From an uncultured virus (IMG/VR IMGVR_UViG_2061766007_000877) (lineage: Duplodnaviria; Heunggongvirae; Uroviricota; Caudoviricetes), in the IMG/VR virus record IMGVR_UViG_2061766007_000877: DNA of 21,914 nucleotides, one strand, 5' to 3'. Each line of letters opens with the position of its first letter. The stretch's first letter is position 1. A program made the position numbers and the translations under genes. Positions 18,193-21,914 of this stretch are shown here, piece by piece. Below the pieces are notes generated by a model. The model saw nothing but the letters and a program-made list of their open reading frames with translations. It did no database searches and was not told the origin of the DNA.

Positions 18193-19196
18193 AAATACTA
18201 ATCACAGGGATTGCTGGATTCATTGGTTATCATATAGCAAAATCTCTATTGTCTAATCAATCTAACACTGTCACAGGAATAGACAACTTCAATTCTATCA
18301 CATACGATTCATCTCTGAAATATGATCGAATAAAACAATTAGGATTCACTGATTATGACATAAATCCATTCCAAAATGTAAACTTCTATAATCAGCATAG
18401 AATTTTCAATCCAAACATTGAAGTTTACTACGCAGATGTTTCAAATAAACCAACGATTGAATATGTGTTTAATCAAAGTCATTCACAGTTCGATACTATT
18501 ATACATTTAGCTGCAATTCCAAACCCAAGATTACCTTCGAGATATTACGATACGGTTGTTCAAACAAATATTATTGGAACATATAATTTATTGGATGCAG
18601 TCCGTCTATATTCACCACACGCACACGTTATTATTGCAAGTTCCTCATCAGTCTATGATCCTCATTCACTATATGCAATAACAAAGCAAACCTCAGAATC
18701 AATTGCAGAGTTCTACGCTAAAACACACGGTCTCAAAATAACATGTATTCGTCCTTTTACAGTGTATGGTCCTTATGGTCGACCTGACATGTTCATTCAT
18801 AAATGTATAACTGCTATCTTAAAACAAGTATCATTAGAGCTTTACAATTATGGAAATAATTATAGAGATTTCACATACATAGATGATCTTGTCCGGTGTG
18901 TCAATTCAATAATAGATAGACCTCCTGAAAGTAAAAACGGTTTCACCGTTTTTGACATAGGAACATCAAATCCTGTACGGATAGAAGAGCTTGTGAATAT
19001 NNNNNNNNNNNNNNNNNNNNNNNNNNNNNNNNNNNNNNNNNACATAGAACACTGTCCGCCACATCCCTATGATGTAGAAAAGACGTGTGCGAATATGGAA
19101 TCATTCATAAACAGATACGGTTATAAACCTTCAACTAAAATTGAAGAAGGTATAGAAAGGTATATAGATTGGTATAGAGATTATTTCAAAATCTAA
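18189..19196 (+). CDS. NAD-dependent epimerase, UDP-glucuronate 4-epimerase-like (extended SDR)
   Basis: TGIAGFIG, HLAA, ASSSSVY, YAITK, FTVYGPYGRPDM, RDFTYIDD. Confidence 0.88.
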   Translation: MKILITGIAGFIGYHIAKSLLSNQSNTVTGIDNFNSITYDSSLKYDRIKQLGFTDYDINPFQNVNFYNQHRIFNPNIEVYYADVSNKPTIEYVFNQSHSQFDTIIHLAAIPNPRLPSRYYDTVVQTNIIGTYNLLDAVRLYSPHAHVIIASSSSVYDPHSLYAITKQTSESIAEFYAKTHGLKITCIRPFTVYGPYGRPDMFIHKCITAILKQVSLELYNYGNNYRDFTYIDDLVRCVNSIIDRPPESKNGFTVFDIGTSNPVRIEELVNXXXXXXXXXXXXXXXIEHCPPHPYDVEKTCANMESFINRYGYKPSTKIEEGIERYIDWYRDYFKI

Positions 19197-19201
19197 AATT
19201 A

Positions 19202-19241
19202 AAACCCTATATAGAAAATTAAACACTTCTATATAGGGTTT
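19202..19241. terminator. Bidirectional hairpin terminator of the AAACCC...GGGTTT family
   Basis: 15-bp arms aaaccctatatagaa / ttctatatagggttt between convergent genes. Confidence 0.75.
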
Positions 19242-19266
19242 GGTTATAAGTACTTCAAAGTGCAAG

Positions 19267-20506
19267 TTATAAGTGCAAGTATTCAAATCCTGATGGAACA
19301 TTTCCATATAGCAAATGTCTACCGTCAAAAATAATTTTATTCCTCATGGATTCACCTAACATTTCATAATTCAAATCTCTATAACAATCCCATTCAGTTG
19401 CAATGATTATAGCATCTACATCCTTCACACATTCTTGTATATCAGAGCATTTAACAATTCCTTCCTTACTATTTAGATTATTCAATGCGATTGGATCATG
19501 CACTTTCAATTTGCATTTTTTCTCTAACAATTTATGGCACAGATTCAAACTTACACTGTCTCTAATATCATCGGTACCAGGTTTGAACGCGATTCCAAAA
19601 ATAGCAAATTCCTTATCTTTCAAATCGCCAAATTTATTCTCTAAAATTTCAACCACTCTATTCAGACACATTTCATTTACGGATATACAGCTATTAAGAA
19701 TTGACATACTGCATCCAACTTTATTACCTTCATACAATAATGAATGACAATCCTTAGGGAAACATGAACCTCCCCATCCCAACCCACTATTTAGAAATTT
19801 GTTCCCTATTCGATTATCTGATCCAACACCTTCTGCAACTTTTATTATATCAGCTCCAATTTTACTGCNNNNNNNNNNNNNNAATCTTTAATGCTAAAAA
19901 TGAATTGGACGCATACTTAATCATTTCTGCAGTGTTGTAATTTGTAGTAATAACTTTCACACCCTTAAAATAATTACTCCATAGATTATTAAACACACTC
20001 AAAATATAATCCTTATCAGAATCAGTACATCCAATTACAATTCTATCTGGATTCATTAGATCATAAATTTCATTCCCTTCCCTTAAGAACTCTGGATTAA
20101 ATGCAAAATGTAATTTGTTACTACAGACTCTGTCTGTAATATACGATTCAAATTTCAAAGTAGTTCCACATGGTATTGTTGATTTTAGTATTATTAGTAA
20201 GTCATTACTCACATTCCATTTATTCACACACTCAACAATATCATTCGCAACTTCAAACAGATAATGTAAATTTGTAGATCCATCATCGTTACTTGGTGTC
20301 CCTACTGTTATATAGATTACACTTGCATTCTTAAATGTATTTTCATTAACACATGTTTCAAATGTTAAATGGTTACTACTATACTGTCTGTTTAACAATT
20401 CAACTTTATTTACGTCAACGTCTATACCTGTTACATAATGGCTGTTACTTAATACTCTACATAATGATAAACCAACATATCCTGTTCCATAGATTATAAT
20501 ATTCAT
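19267..20506 (-). CDS. ugd: UDP-glucose 6-dehydrogenase (ORFs 19862-20578 and 19267-19782 joined across the N block)
   Basis: GTGYVG, VGTP, KSTIP, NPEFLREG, EMIKYASNSFLALKI, GWGGSCFPKD, AFKPGTDDIRDS, ATEW, FDGRH; start ATG 20506 after GAGGG. Confidence 0.92.
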
Positions 20507-20511
20507 ACTAA

Positions 20512-21147
20512 ACCCTCTATATCGTCCAGAAGTCCTTGTGAGGCTTCTTATTAAAAGCTTATAAATGTACCGTCCCATAACAAGCTATACTTGTAGATGG
20601 TCATCTAACGATTACTATAGCCATGTATTTTGATCTGTCATCTGTGTAATTTCCAACTTGATTGTAATGGTTTCCTTAAGTGATTTTGGTCTGTATCTAA
20701 GCTCAGATTAGGCTATAAGAAAATTTGTAAGCGTGTTGTGAAAATATTTTAATGACCCACTGCTTATCATCATCTTGTTGCCTCTTGCTTTCATCTTAAG
20801 ACCTAACTCTTACCGCTTACTAATCATCAAAGAAAATAAAATCCACACGAACTTAATCTGTGTGGCTTGTACTGTGGGAGGTNNNNNNNNNNNNNNNNNN
20901 NNNNNNNNNNGATCTAAATTACTTATTGCAAAGTACAAAAAAGCAGACCGTCGGAGATTCCCTTCAGTCGCAACGAAGAAAGATTTGTAGCTTAATCAAC
21001 AATTCAAATTAAATTACTACCGAATGAATCTCTGGCCTTATTCTTCTGGTCGGGTTCGTGTCCAATCATTCATTTCTTTAATCTTATTTAACGCTCATGG
21101 TCACGGGTCGCACCATAGAGAGCATTTAATTAGAGAAGTAGTTGGAA
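20512..21147 (-). ncRNA. Candidate large structured ncRNA (about 600 nt), family unassigned
   Basis: ORF-poor region with many mutually nested 6-8 bp inverted repeats; G-U wobbles favour the minus strand; boundaries approximate. Confidence 0.4.
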
Positions 21148-21292
21148 TAATGTGAATCATTAACTGTATTACAATATATTATTGATACTGAGGAATGAAA
21201 GAAAAGTAAATCCGATTAGAGAATCTATATAATGTATAGATTAGAATTTTTCTATCTATATGTGTAATACCCATTTCAAGAAGGAGTGACTT

Positions 21293-21736
21293 ATGATAGT
21301 TGAAACTATTGTGATAAAGAACAAAGTCACTGGACTTGAGATAGTAGCTCATTACAGTGATAGTTACAATTACAGATTAAGCACTGGAGAATCTTGTTAC
21401 TCTGTTATTATTGAGTACAACGGAATTGAATATGTCATCTGTATAAGTAAAGACTACCAAATAATATACAAGATGGCAGAAAGACTTACTGAGGATATTG
21501 GTTTTCCTTTAGCAGTAAACAGAGTTACAAAGCTACGTGGAAATGATTACAATATCGTTAGAGATTCCATCTGCATTGATGCTTTCAATAGAACATTAGA
21601 TAGACAGAGAAGTCATACTGATATTTTTGAAAGATATATGATTAGCGATGCAGACAACCAATTATGTGAAGATATGATGAACTTTGATTTAACAACTCGT
21701 AATTGGAACAGTCAATCTGGTGAAGACCCAAAATAA
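21293..21736 (+). CDS. Hypothetical protein, 147 aa
   Basis: AAGGAG RBS; clean ORF. Confidence 0.75.
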   Translation: MIVETIVIKNKVTGLEIVAHYSDSYNYRLSTGESCYSVIIEYNGIEYVICISKDYQIIYKMAERLTEDIGFPLAVNRVTKLRGNDYNIVRDSICIDAFNRTLDRQRSHTDIFERYMISDADNQLCEDMMNFDLTTRNWNSQSGEDPK

Positions 21737-21795
21737 GATGGCGGCATTTTGTGTTTATAAATTCTAATCTAATGCGGCAGATCTTATTTGAATAA

Positions 21796-21872
21796 CCACA
21801 CAGAACAATATTTGAATCCCATTTTGTGAGCAGCGGCAATAACTCACATTATGGGATTCAAGTATTTTGTGG
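21796..21872 (+). other. Long imperfect stem-loop
   Basis: aatatttgaatcccat (21807-21822) / atgggattcaagtatt (21851-21866), inner tgtgag/ctcaca, outer ccaca/tgtgg. Confidence 0.65.
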
Positions 21873-21914
21873 ACCATGTCTAACTAACAAATAATATATA
21901 CATATCGTTGAAGT

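Noticed and set aside
18189..20506. Bacterial capsule/LPS operon
   Set aside because: The two sugar genes are convergent, lack flanking transferases or transporters, and are embedded among phage-type genes sharing the same hairpin family.
753..20578. Programmed frameshifts or pseudogenes in the nucleases, ankyrin fusion, dCMP deaminase and ugd
   Set aside because: Every frame change falls inside an N block, so inexact mask length is the simpler explanation.
20775..20990. 71-aa ORF in the large intergenic region
   Set aside because: TTG start without an RBS, spans an N block and shows no recognisable motif; the region is better explained as structured non-coding sequence.
20507..21113. Group II intron (GTGCG on the minus strand at about 21113)
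   Set aside because: No domain V AGC/CGC-GNRA hairpin, no interrupted host gene and no reverse transcriptase.
128..21839. Antisense or shadow ORFs in the track (e.g. 851-1066, 1343-1639, 2338-2634, 3811-4005, 7472-8020, 13340-13606, 13646-13999, 15375-15860, 19403-19747, 21642-21839)
   Set aside because: They overlap better-supported genes on the opposite strand and show no recognisable motifs.
1..21914. Stop-codon recoding (TAG or TGA read-through), as in some large gut phages
   Set aside because: TAG (e.g. 6037, 12152, 12783) and TGA (ATGA overlaps) terminate genes right before the next start, and long ORFs are intact in the standard code.

Overview
AT-rich, gene-dense segment that reads as part of a large (jumbo/T4-like) tailed phage genome in the standard genetic code. 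About two dozen N blocks are not always length-true, so several genes are split into frame-shifted ORF pieces, which I rejoined by hand. Content: (1) a convergent cluster of four divergent PD-(D/E)xK restriction-endonuclease-like genes with no methyltransferase in the window (753-5200); (2) modular proteins: pol-beta nucleotidyltransferase + WC domain + ankyrin, a cytidylyltransferase-like protein, an HExxH metallopeptidase and a transglutaminase-like protein; (3) a run of small paralogous hypothetical genes; (4) a catalytically degenerate T4 gp21-like prohead protease paralogue; (5) dCMP deaminase; (6) a P-loop protein, UDP-glucuronate 4-epimerase-like gene and UDP-glucose 6-dehydrogenase. 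Most interesting: two short peptide motif families ending in Glu (MLFVNEKY...[IV]xNE and TLEERIxRLERLxxE) sit on unrelated proteins, sometimes between domains, and look like capsid-targeting/prohead-protease cleavage signals for a virion-delivered enzyme set. There is also a ~600-nt ORF-less, helix-rich candidate ncRNA (about 20510-21150) and a sequence-conserved, covarying hairpin family (AAACCCTCTAT...ATAGAGGGTTT). All family assignments are by-eye motif recognition; no database search was run.
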